In this document: positions 34,177 to 43,088 of the stretch, one piece after another | Numbering within the stretch: the stretch's first letter is position 1 | Layout: each line of letters opens with the position of its first letter | Virus record (IMG/VR): IMGVR_UViG_3300034021_001069 | From: an uncultured virus (IMG/VR IMGVR_UViG_3300034021_001069) | Taxonomy: Duplodnaviria; Heunggongvirae; Uroviricota; Caudoviricetes | Direction: 5' to 3' (one strand) | Length of the DNA stretch: 64,000 nucleotides | Notes under the pieces: generated by a model | Databases searched by the model: none | The model's input: the letters and a program-made list of their open reading frames with translations, nothing else | What the model was told of the DNA's origin: nothing | Translations under genes and position numbers: made by a program

Positions 34177-36662
34177 GAGAATAAAAACTCCAAAGATGCT
34201 TGCTTTTCTGTCTTCCAGCCAATAGTGGTCAATATACCCTTTAGTGGATCTAGGAAACTTTTCTCAAATTGTAGATCATAATCAATTGATTTGTCAACAC
34301 CAAACTCTGGCGGAAGATTTTGGAAGAATGAAATTACATTCTCATTGATTGAATTTGGTGTCTTGAGGTAAAGAAATTTAATTTTTTCTCCTTCCTGAAT
34401 TAATGGATACTTACTAGTTAGTTTCTTTTTCTTCACCCAAAAGTTATAAAGAAGTGCTCCCCTAACATGGATTGGTGTTCCCTTACCATAAATTAAAACA
34501 GGGTCACTAAATTTAAGTATATTATTAACTCCCCTAGGAAAAGCAATTTCTTCTGGCGACATTGTTTTAAATTCTTTCCTGAAAGAAGAAATAAACTGTT
34601 GAACTTGCTCTTCTGTTCCAGACATAATAAGTTTGAGCGCATCAGTAATTTTACTTCTACACGCAGCTGGAGTAGAAGACTTTACAGCTTCAATGCCCAT
34701 AATCTTGAGTTTTGGTTCATGAAACCTAACCCCTTCAATATCCCAAGCATTTAGAATATAACGTTTCTTCGCTGTCCAGATGCCCTTGTCTGCAATTGTC
34801 TCTCTCTTCATCTGCATCTTTTGATCATATGCATTTACATATGTCGCCAGCTCTTGGTAAGAACTTTCAATATATTTTTCAAGTTCCACATCACAGACCT
34901 TATCAAGGAAAGACACAATGCTTTCAGGAGTTTTCGTTCCCCCCTTGAATACAGCTTTAACCAGAGGACCCAGATTAAGATAAATGGAATCAGTATCTGA
35001 AGCAATAACATAATCAACATTCTCAGTTTTTAATGTTTTATTTAGATACAGATTCATTTTGTTCTCGATCCAACGAATCGAGACTTGACCAGAGAGAGTA
35101 ATCGCCTCGGCATTCGCCAAGTTGTAATAGCGAAAGTATTGATTTCCGATGGCACCATAGGCAGAGTTGAGTTGAATCTTTCTTGCCATTTGGATGTTGT
35201 TACATCTGGAAATTTCTTTTTGAAGTGCCACGGTCGGAGCTTCTTCATATTTTGATTTCGCATCCAACATTTTACGTTTGTATATTTTTCGTTCATCATA
35301 GATTTTCTGCATCATTTTTGGCAAAAATCCTTGGATTTTTGTTGTATACATTGCACCATTTGCACATACAGTGACTCCATCCAAATTGGATAGATCCACT
35401 TGTTTGTTTAGAATTTTATCTACAGAAACATAAGGATGCTTTTCATCTAACAATGTTTCTGGAGAAATATTGTATTGCATAATCAAGTGCGGATACAGAG
35501 AATTAAGGTCAAAAGAAACTACCCAATCGTATATCCCAGGAACTGGTTCCTTAACATATGCTCCTGCATATTTGTCATCTTTGTTCCCACCGAATTTAGG
35601 AGGAACAACAACATTCTCCTTTTTCAAGTAATTGTAGATAAGGGTATCCCACATCCTAACTTGTGAATATACATCCTCAAAGTTAACCTTTGCATCATAT
35701 GCCATAGTAATTGCAAGTTCAATTAGCTTCATCTTATCTTCTAGTTGATCGACAAGATTAACGTCATGAATATTATACTCAACAAACCGTTGCCAGTCTG
35801 ATGTGTAGAACTCTTTAAACGTTTCATATTCACTGTGGTCGAGTTTTCTTCCACCCAGTTCAATGAAAGCAATATGATCCAAGCGATACGATTCTTGATT
35901 TGTATAAGTAAACTTTTTATACAAATCTAAGTAGTCAAGAATATTAACTCCAACAATATTATACTGAAGATTCTTTCTACCCTTAACTGTAATTTCTTCC
36001 ATGGATACTCTATTCCATGGGCTGAGACTCTTCATCCACTTTTCACCCAGAACACGATCTAATCTTCTGCAGATATATGGAATATCATAAAGGTTACAAT
36101 TCCATCCAGTAACAACATCTGGAGTATTTTGTGACCACCAAGCATGAAAGTCGGTGAGCATTTCTTTTTCATTCCAAAAGACTCGATACTCAATATCAGA
36201 TGGAGTGACAAATTCTCTGGTTCCCCAAGTAATTGTTTTTTTGGTGCTGAGGTCTTTAATAGTAAAACATAAGATTTCTTCTGCAGCACTTTGCACATCG
36301 GGGAATCCATTTTCGGATGCAACCTCAATGTCGATGGTGTAGATTTTCATTTGATTCATATCAAAATAAATCTCATCTGGGTATTCTTCAGATATGAATT
36401 GATATAGAAACCTATCATATCCATAGACAGAAAAGTTTCCAATATTTTCATATTTTCTTAGGAAATCCCTAGCATCTCTAGCACCATCAAATTGTATTGG
36501 CTTTACGGAAGTTCCATTTAAACTTTTATATTCGGAGGGCTTATTTGATGGCACAAACAAAACTGGAGACGATTTTGTTCTATATGAAACTGGAATACCA
36601 TCTTCATAACCACGATACAAAATATCGTCTCCAAAGAGCGTAATGTTTGTGTAAAATTTCAT
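34173..36662 (-). CDS. family B DNA polymerase gp43
   Basis: DIEV, SFDLNSLYP, KIQLNSAYG, SDTDS, KKRY. No intein. Confidence 0.97.
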   Translation of the reverse strand: MKFYTNITLFGDDILYRGYEDGIPVSYRTKSSPVLFVPSNKPSEYKSLNGTSVKPIQFDGARDARDFLRKYENIGNFSVYGYDRFLYQFISEEYPDEIYFDMNQMKIYTIDIEVASENGFPDVQSAAEEILCFTIKDLSTKKTITWGTREFVTPSDIEYRVFWNEKEMLTDFHAWWSQNTPDVVTGWNCNLYDIPYICRRLDRVLGEKWMKSLSPWNRVSMEEITVKGRKNLQYNIVGVNILDYLDLYKKFTYTNQESYRLDHIAFIELGGRKLDHSEYETFKEFYTSDWQRFVEYNIHDVNLVDQLEDKMKLIELAITMAYDAKVNFEDVYSQVRMWDTLIYNYLKKENVVVPPKFGGNKDDKYAGAYVKEPVPGIYDWVVSFDLNSLYPHLIMQYNISPETLLDEKHPYVSVDKILNKQVDLSNLDGVTVCANGAMYTTKIQGFLPKMMQKIYDERKIYKRKMLDAKSKYEEAPTVALQKEISRCNNIQMARKIQLNSAYGAIGNQYFRYYNLANAEAITLSGQVSIRWIENKMNLYLNKTLKTENVDYVIASDTDSIYLNLGPLVKAVFKGGTKTPESIVSFLDKVCDVELEKYIESSYQELATYVNAYDQKMQMKRETIADKGIWTAKKRYILNAWDIEGVRFHEPKLKIMGIEAVKSSTPAACRSKITDALKLIMSGTEEQVQQFISSFRKEFKTMSPEEIAFPRGVNNILKFSDPVLIYGKGTPIHVRGALLYNFWVKKKKLTSKYPLIQEGEKIKFLYLKTPNSINENVISFFQNLPPEFGVDKSIDYDLQFEKSFLDPLKGILTTIGWKTEKQASLEFLFS

Positions 36663-36931
36663 CAATCCTCTTCCGATTTTGAAGCTTCCAGATAAAGGTC
36701 TAAAAGCTGCTTGTTCGGATCCACTATAGTCAAAATCGATTCCGATGTCAAGAACAAATCTCTCTGGTCACACATCTTCGGATATTTCTCCATAATTGGA
36801 TGTGTGCTGTCATGAGCATAAGTTATACTATAACATTTTTCAATCAGAAGAGATGGTTCCTCATCCAATTCAACTACAGAGCCAATTAAATAAAATTGAG
36901 GATTACTCTGCAATACTACTATCTTTACCAT
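36662..36931 (-). CDS. hypothetical protein
   Basis: Tiled ORF. Confidence 0.65.
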   Translation of the reverse strand: MVKIVVLQSNPQFYLIGSVVELDEEPSLLIEKCYSITYAHDSTHPIMEKYPKMCDQRDLFLTSESILTIVDPNKQLLDLYLEASKSEED

Positions 36932-37262
36932 CTGATTTCATCTCCGCAATTAATTCGTTATACTTTTCTAAAACTGAAGTATGGGGCTCATAGATAGATG
37001 TGATCTGATGTAAAGATACAAATACACTATCTCCACTAGAAAGAGGAACCCAAGGGTATAATTCTAGCTTTAAATTATTAAGTTTTTTTGGTCCTTCCTG
37101 GTATTCTTCAAATAAAACTTCAGAGTTTTGCTGAATCATTACCATGTAAGGAAGGGTAAATGAATAAGCAATTGGTCTTTCACTTTCCGAGGAATCCCTG
37201 ACTTCTTTAATGTCAGCTATTACGTCTTCCCCGTTTTGAAGCCTTGCGATTTTTACTGTCAT
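36903..37262 (-). CDS. conserved hypothetical protein (Sm-like)
   Basis: KIARLQNGEDVIAD...PWVPLS. Confidence 0.7.
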   Translation of the reverse strand: MTVKIARLQNGEDVIADIKEVRDSSESERPIAYSFTLPYMVMIQQNSEVLFEEYQEGPKKLNNLKLELYPWVPLSSGDSVFVSLHQITSIYEPHTSVLEKYNELIAEMKSDGKDSSIAE

Positions 37263-37455
37263 AATTTTTCTCCAAAAGTTGATCGAGAGTTCCTCTAATT
37301 ATATCAGATAGTGCTCTCTTTTCTGTAATATTCTTTTCATCTGCTAGGTATCTTGCTAATGCTAGAACTTGATTCATATATTCACTAGGAATATCCAAGG
37401 TTAACATTTCCGAGTCTTCGCAGAATTTAGGGCATAGATTGATGTAATAATTCAT
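37213..37455 (-). CDS. hypothetical protein
   Basis: Start MNYYINL, GGGAG RBS. Confidence 0.6.
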   Translation of the reverse strand: MNYYINLCPKFCEDSEMLTLDIPSEYMNQVLALARYLADEKNITEKRALSDIIRGTLDQLLEKNYDSKNRKASKRGRRNS

Positions 37456-37580
37456 AGTTTTCTCCCAATAAAAAAGGGGTGGTCGCACACCAGCCCCTAT
37501 TTAATTTTATTACTACCATAATGAAAGGAAATTAATTGGATTTTGCCAACGATTTCCTGCGGCGACGATAGTAATATTAT

Positions 37581-38039
37581 TTATACAATTCCATAATATC
37601 TTCTTTTCTGTTGATCAGGAATGACTCTCATTAGTTCAACTTTCAGTAGACCATCAGCATAAGTGATATTACCAACTTCAACATCACTTGCAAGATTGAA
37701 CGATCTTGTAAATGTTCTCTTAGCTAATCCTCTATGAACATATTCATCGGATTCACTTTCTTCTGATCCTTTGCCCTTAGAGGAAATAACCAGAACATTG
37801 AATTCTGTGGTAACTTGAATCTCTTCTTTCTTCCAGCCAGCTAGCGCCATTTCAATATACCATTTCGATCCAGATTCCTTCACAATATTATATGGAGGAT
37901 AGCTAGTCATAGTGTTCGATCCAAATGCATGAACTCTGTTGACTACATCTTCTAAGCCAACACTATATTTGTGAACACCGTTTAGAATTGCTTCTAGGTC
38001 TTTAGTTGTGTATTTGTTGCTTGTAATATTCCAAGTCAT
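37581..38039 (-). CDS. hsp20: small heat-shock protein
   Basis: YPPYNI, EMALAG, HRGLAKRTFTRSF, DGLL. Confidence 0.93.
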   Translation of the reverse strand: MTWNITSNKYTTKDLEAILNGVHKYSVGLEDVVNRVHAFGSNTMTSYPPYNIVKESGSKWYIEMALAGWKKEEIQVTTEFNVLVISSKGKGSEESESDEYVHRGLAKRTFTRSFNLASDVEVGNITYADGLLKVELMRVIPDQQKRRYYGIV

Positions 38040-38193
38040 TGTTATTCTCCTATTAAGCGAGTGGTTTACATTACGGATCTAAAAGACTCCGCTTTAGCGA
38101 ATGGGTAGCTGTGCCTCTTCCCATCACTACTAATTATAATAGTTTACAAAAAAAGCGGGGTTCGGAACCCCACCATCAATAGTTCGGTTAATG

Positions 38194-38337
38194 TCACCCA
38201 TATTCAATAAACGACATTAATATATGGTTACCATCTTTCCTAACTTCATCTAAGTATTTTTTGCCCCAGCCAATGTTTTTCCAGAAAACTTTACCATCAG
38301 GCTGCAGTAGCATGACTCTAAGATATCTGGAAGCCAT
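38194..38337 (-). CDS. small hypothetical protein (47 aa)
   Basis: Manual translation MASRYLRVMLLQPDGKVFWKNIGWGKKY... Confidence 0.55.
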   Translation of the reverse strand: MASRYLRVMLLQPDGKVFWKNIGWGKKYLDEVRKDGNHILMSFIEYG

Positions 38338-38338
38338 A

Positions 38339-38770
38339 TTATGCCGTTGCTTCTACTTTCTTTTTACCAATATTATACTTGCTCTCTAGAGTCCACTCAT
38401 GCTTTTCTTTATAAGCAATGATCTTAATTTGATTGAGAGGTGCAATATCTTCAATAGAATCTTGATTGACAATATCAATCAATCCCCAATCAGAAAGAAG
38501 TCTCGCAATGCGATTTCTCCTTTGAACATCATTAGCAGAAAGATTTGCAATTTTACCATCAAGAGCAAATAATTCCTTGAAGTGAACAATATAATACTTT
38601 CCTCTTTTATGAAGAATATGGCAAGACTGATAAAGCTTCTTTTCTTTTCTTGACGCAACTCCAATACGAGTTAACGTCTCACGAACTTTCAAGAAGTCAT
38701 CAGGTTGTTTGAGAATAACCTCAACCATTTTATCCTGCGACCAATCATAATCTGTTTCAATGTTACTCAT
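38339..38770 (-). CDS. regA: translational repressor RegA
   Basis: DDFLKVRETLTRIG, QSCHILHK, HFKELF. Confidence 0.96.
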   Translation of the reverse strand: MSNIETDYDWSQDKMVEVILKQPDDFLKVRETLTRIGVASRKEKKLYQSCHILHKRGKYYIVHFKELFALDGKIANLSANDVQRRNRIARLLSDWGLIDIVNQDSIEDIAPLNQIKIIAYKEKHEWTLESKYNIGKKKVEATA

Positions 38771-39168
38771 GTTTTTCCTCCACGATATAATTTCTTTTTA
38801 ATTAAATCTATCTGTTGTCTATTTAGAAGCTTAAGAGCAGATTTTGCTTTATCTTGACTATACCCAAAATACTCTTGAATAATCAAAACATCATCTTCTG
38901 TTTCTTTTTTACTCCAAGGAGAAAACCTTTTGTTTTTCCTCACACTATTTAGCAAATAATCATAATGAAGTTTTTTATCAATATGATATTTAACATTCAT
39001 TTCATTGACATGCATAATAGTATCAATGAAATTTGCCAAGCACTTATTAATAATAAAAGGAGGATAGTTTTTTTCCCACCCTTTGTCTTCGGTTTCTAAA
39101 AGATTATTCTTAACATGATTAATCGAATTGAGATAATCTTTTAATGGGTAGTTTTTATCAAATGACAT
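38767..39168 (-). CDS. clamp loader small subunit gp62
   Basis: YLNSIN, YPPFIIN, KRFSPW, synteny. Confidence 0.9.
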   Translation of the reverse strand: MSFDKNYPLKDYLNSINHVKNNLLETEDKGWEKNYPPFIINKCLANFIDTIMHVNEMNVKYHIDKKLHYDYLLNSVRKNKRFSPWSKKETEDDVLIIQEYFGYSQDKAKSALKLLNRQQIDLIKKKLYRGGKT

Positions 39169-39682
39169 TCAAGTTACCAGCTACACTAATACGAGTTACA
39201 TCAGATTTAAAGGGATATACCTGATGAGTCAACCACGAAGGAAAAATATATATTTCATTTTCTTTTGGTAGAAAAGGACCATACTCAAACCTATTAAACT
39301 TCTGAGGTTCTCCATATGTAAATGATATCTTACCAGAAAATTGACCTTCTTCAAATTGTAATTCTTTTGGTATTTGTAAGTATATAATAAATGATAGATC
39401 TGAATTATGTCTGTGTGGAGGATTCCATTCATACCTTTTCTGGTAGTTTACCCAGCAAGATGTTATTTCATAACAAAATTCAGATAGATATTTGTTAGTG
39501 TGAAATTTAATTTCCTCTTCTGCTTTATGAGGCAAGTATATATACCTCTCATCTTCTATCTGACCAACTAAGTGTGGTCCTACATGTAAATCAGACTCAT
39601 TAGAAATATCTAATAATAGAGTTTTAATGTCGTCTGATATTTTGTCATAATATATCTTAGGACCAAAGGGAGTTAGGATCAT
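39158..39682 (-). CDS. putative 2OG-Fe(II) oxygenase
   Basis: WVNYQ, NPPHRH, FPSWLTHQV, RISVAGN. Confidence 0.85.
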   Translation of the reverse strand: MILTPFGPKIYYDKISDDIKTLLLDISNESDLHVGPHLVGQIEDERYIYLPHKAEEEIKFHTNKYLSEFCYEITSCWVNYQKRYEWNPPHRHNSDLSFIIYLQIPKELQFEEGQFSGKISFTYGEPQKFNRFEYGPFLPKENEIYIFPSWLTHQVYPFKSDVTRISVAGNLNVI

Positions 39683-39885
39683 AATTCTTTCACATCAATT
39701 ACTCGTATTTTACGTTTAAACTCAGGTATATGAGCTTTTGTCATAACAATTGCCTCCGCTTCCTCTGGAGTAGCTGCTTCAATTACAATTTTTTCGGTAT
39801 AGAAATCTCTGGTTTGCTCATTACAATAATCAAAATCGCATGAGTAACAACCAGATTCTTTTTGATAGGTTACTTGAAACTGCAT
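39679..39885 (-). CDS. hypothetical protein
   Basis: Tiled ORF. Confidence 0.55.
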   Translation of the reverse strand: MQFQVTYQKESGCYSCDFDYCNEQTRDFYTEKIVIEAATPEEAEAIVMTKAHIPEFKRKIRVIDVKEL

Positions 39886-40820
39886 CGTAGCATTACCTCT
39901 GTTAAAAATGCAACTAAGTTAATTTCTTGGTCTGCAACAAAGGAAGATTTATATTGATATTCACCAATAATTAATACTGCTTCAGGAATACTTTTTGGCT
40001 CAAAATAAGAATACAGATTGTCATAGATTTTTCTCATGATAGTATTTGGATCGTTATCCATATTAGTAACAACCCACTTCTTCATGTTTGTGAATTCTCT
40101 GTTGCGCAAATATTTAGCTAGCTCTGACATACTGTTATCAGAGAGAGCAGACAGAACGCCAACATCAACTTTCCCATTCGTCGAATATCTTTGAAGTTCA
40201 TTAATACAACGCCTAAAATCTGGGAAGTATTTTAGGATCAGTTCTGCAATAACTTTTTCAGAATATTCAACATTTTCTAGAGAGAGAATTTCTTTAATTC
40301 TCTCCATGAATTTAATTGCCAATTCTTGCTTTGCCTTTCCCCTGATAGAAAAATCTACGACACTGCAGCGAGAATGAAGTGGATCGATGATTTTATTTTT
40401 ATAATTGCAAGTAAAAATAAATCTACAGTTACCATGAAATTCTTCCATGGCAGAACGAAGCAAAAGTTGAACGTCAGGGGTGGTATTATCAGCCTCGTCA
40501 ATGATTAGAACTTTGTGCTTGCAAGAGCCAACCAAGGATACCGTTCCCGCAAATGTCTTAGCGGTATTGCGTACCGTGTCAAGAAATCTGCCTTCGTCTG
40601 ATCCGTTGATAACATATACATCTGCTCCCAATTCTTGACATAGTGCTTTAGCTACAGTCGTTTTTCCAATACCAGGAGTTCCGTGAAGGAGGAGATTAGG
40701 GATTTCTCCCTTCTCTAAAAATCCACGGAATGTTGTTTTTGTTTCTTCTGGTAGGATACAGTCTTCAATTGTTTTGGGTCGATACTTTTCAACCCAAAGA
40801 AAATCATGATATGAACTCAT
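39870..40820 (-). CDS. clamp loader large subunit gp44
   Basis: WVEKYRP, GTPGIGKT, DEAD, SRC. Confidence 0.96.
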   Translation of the reverse strand: MSSYHDFLWVEKYRPKTIEDCILPEETKTTFRGFLEKGEIPNLLLHGTPGIGKTTVAKALCQELGADVYVINGSDEGRFLDTVRNTAKTFAGTVSLVGSCKHKVLIIDEADNTTPDVQLLLRSAMEEFHGNCRFIFTCNYKNKIIDPLHSRCSVVDFSIRGKAKQELAIKFMERIKEILSLENVEYSEKVIAELILKYFPDFRRCINELQRYSTNGKVDVGVLSALSDNSMSELAKYLRNREFTNMKKWVVTNMDNDPNTIMRKIYDNLYSYFEPKSIPEAVLIIGEYQYKSSFVADQEINLVAFLTEVMLRCSFK

Positions 40821-40833
40821 TTATGCCTCACAA

Positions 40834-41517
40834 TTAATTTGGTTCTAGTGCGATAAAATATTCGAGTTTTGATTTACTGTCAACAAATTTAGCAGCATTT
40901 GCATCACTAATTTCCACATCATAGAAGAGTGGTGATTTTTCAGCTGCCATGACTCTCAAGTTTTCCATTTTCATGCAAAAACAAAATTCTCGATCATCTT
41001 CACCAACTATAACAGAAAATGCATTAGAAGTATCATTCTCTTTATCTCTTACAGAGGCAACGATCGATCCAGTTCCATCAGAATAAAAACAAAGATCTTT
41101 TACTTGATAGATTGAAGCTGCTCTCTGCAACTTAGCAATGTCATTGTAACTTAGCCTGAACTTACAATATGTCGAAGGGAATCTGATCTGATCTGGTGCC
41201 TTCTGAATAATTTCAGGATCTGCGTAAAAGATTTCAGTATGAGATTTGGAATTGTTATCTCGAATGATCAAACACTTCTCTTTACTAAGATCAAATACTG
41301 GATTTTCGAACAGAGCCAGACCATTAATCACAAATCCCAAATCGTAAATAGGAATCTGCTTGGTGAAATCTTCCTCAACTTCCGCGTAAGCAATAATGGT
41401 TTTACTTACTGACATTGTTGAGATTTTATTTCCAGGATTTATTACAATCGATTTATTAATAGAAATAAAGTTCTTAAGAATATTGATTGTATTTTTAGAG
41501 ATTTGAACATTGCTCAT
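40834..41517 (-). CDS. sliding clamp gp45
   Basis: LKNFISINKS, IYDL, C-terminal YFIALEP. Confidence 0.92.
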   Translation of the reverse strand: MSNVQISKNTINILKNFISINKSIVINPGNKISTMSVSKTIIAYAEVEEDFTKQIPIYDLGFVINGLALFENPVFDLSKEKCLIIRDNNSKSHTEIFYADPEIIQKAPDQIRFPSTYCKFRLSYNDIAKLQRAASIYQVKDLCFYSDGTGSIVASVRDKENDTSNAFSVIVGEDDREFCFCMKMENLRVMAAEKSPLFYDVEISDANAAKFVDSKSKLEYFIALEPN

Positions 41518-41825
41518 GGTTTGAACTCCTGAAGACCGTTTTGTGTACGAGAATAATGCTTATCAAAATGAAGTAATAGCATAGCATAGTGAATTACTTT
41601 CATTAAGTCTCGCTTGTTGCGACCTTCTTTATCACCATAACGACTCCCATACTTTAGGATATTTGCCTGACAAAAGGCAGAGGCAAGACCTTTGGCTGCC
41701 ATCAGATCAATAGTCTGAATATCTTCATACTCTTCCTCGTCACCACAGTAATGACCTCGATATGTGCTAACTACATATTCTTCAATGTCTTTAAGAATTT
41801 TTTCTTCATTGTATTTCCACTGCAT
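41514..41825 (-). CDS. conserved protein (DUF3310-like)
   Basis: FCQANILKYGSRYGDK...DLMKVIHY. TTGACA-17-TATAAT at 41866-41894. Confidence 0.75.
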   Translation of the reverse strand: MQWKYNEEKILKDIEEYVVSTYRGHYCGDEEEYEDIQTIDLMAAKGLASAFCQANILKYGSRYGDKEGRNKRDLMKVIHYAMLLLHFDKHYSRTQNGLQEFKP

Positions 41826-41890
41826 AATAATTCTCCAAGTAAAAAGGGGAGTTAACCTCCCCTGTATTATAATAGTGTCTTAGAACTTTG

Positions 41891-43009
41891 TCAATTCTCC
41901 TCCGTGATTTCGATTTCGATTTCTGCAGAATTGTTAATATCTACAGTCTCATCAACTTTATCGTAAAGTTCTAGGAACGATTGCTTAGTCTCATCATCAA
42001 ATCGATTCAAGCAAACTTTGATTGCTTTAGTTCGATTCTTGAAGATACTGTAAGCCCGAATGATATGAGTCAAACGACGAGTGCTGATAATCTCATCGAT
42101 ACCACCATCGTAAAACGTTTTACGAATGATATCTGCCCAGTCGGAAAGTTTTTGAGTAAAGCCAGGATCATCAATTTTAAGAGAATCACAAAGCTTATCG
42201 AGAATCTTACGCTCAACAGAGCTGCTGGGATATTCTTGCTCAAAGGTTACACAGAAACGCTCAAGGAAAGCTTCATTCAGAACATTAGTGCCGATGAAGC
42301 GACCGTCATCAGAACCCTTGCCCTTGGTATTGGCAGTAGCAACAATATTAAATCCTTCAGAAGGCTTAATGAATTTACCTGTCTTCTTCAGAAAGATACC
42401 TTTACCTTCAAGAATAGACTGGAGGCACAAGATCTTGTTAGAAGCAAGGTCAATCTCATCAAGCAAAAGAACAGCACCACGCTCTAGAGCTTCAATCACG
42501 GGACCGTTGTGCCACACAGTCTCACCATTCACCAGACGGAAACCACCGATCAGATCATCCTCATCAGTTTCGATGGTGATGTTCACACGAATCAGTTCGC
42601 GCTTCAGTTGAGCACAAGCTTGCTCAACACAGAACGTTTTACCATTACCCGAAAGACCAGTAATAAACGTAGGATAAAAAAGACGGGATTGAATAATTTT
42701 TTTAATATCGCTAAAATTACCAAACTTTACGAAGGTATCATCTTTTTTAGGAATGAGATTTTGAACTGGAACTTGCACTTCTTGCAGTTCAACTGCAGGT
42801 TCTGCTGCAGGAGCATTATAAGTATTTTCAAGCTGCTCTGCAGTCAAATTCCAGACACCCCGTTTAACTTTGTAAGGTTCAAGATGCTTCGTGGCTGTTG
42901 CATAAGAAACACCAACAACATTACAGTATGCTCGGAGCTGAGCAGTATTCAGTTCAGAGCCAAACTGAGCTTGAACGTCAGAGATTTCAAAATTAACTTT
43001 GCGGGGCAT
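41891..43009 (-). CDS. MoxR/CobS-like AAA+ ATPase
   Basis: GLSGNGKT, LLDEID, TANTKG, FLERF, STRRL. Confidence 0.9.
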   Translation of the reverse strand: MPRKVNFEISDVQAQFGSELNTAQLRAYCNVVGVSYATATKHLEPYKVKRGVWNLTAEQLENTYNAPAAEPAVELQEVQVPVQNLIPKKDDTFVKFGNFSDIKKIIQSRLFYPTFITGLSGNGKTFCVEQACAQLKRELIRVNITIETDEDDLIGGFRLVNGETVWHNGPVIEALERGAVLLLDEIDLASNKILCLQSILEGKGIFLKKTGKFIKPSEGFNIVATANTKGKGSDDGRFIGTNVLNEAFLERFCVTFEQEYPSSSVERKILDKLCDSLKIDDPGFTQKLSDWADIIRKTFYDGGIDEIISTRRLTHIIRAYSIFKNRTKAIKVCLNRFDDETKQSFLELYDKVDETVDINNSAEIEIEITEEN

Positions 43010-43088
43010 TGGATCTCTCCTTGTTTACTGTTTAAGTATAGCAGAAAAAGAAAGGGCTGAGCCAGGGCTCAGCCAGTTTGAAAATTGG

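Noticed and set aside
41891..43009. cobS as a cobalamin auxiliary metabolic gene
   Set aside because: Only generic MoxR AAA+ motifs, and no cobN or other cob genes.
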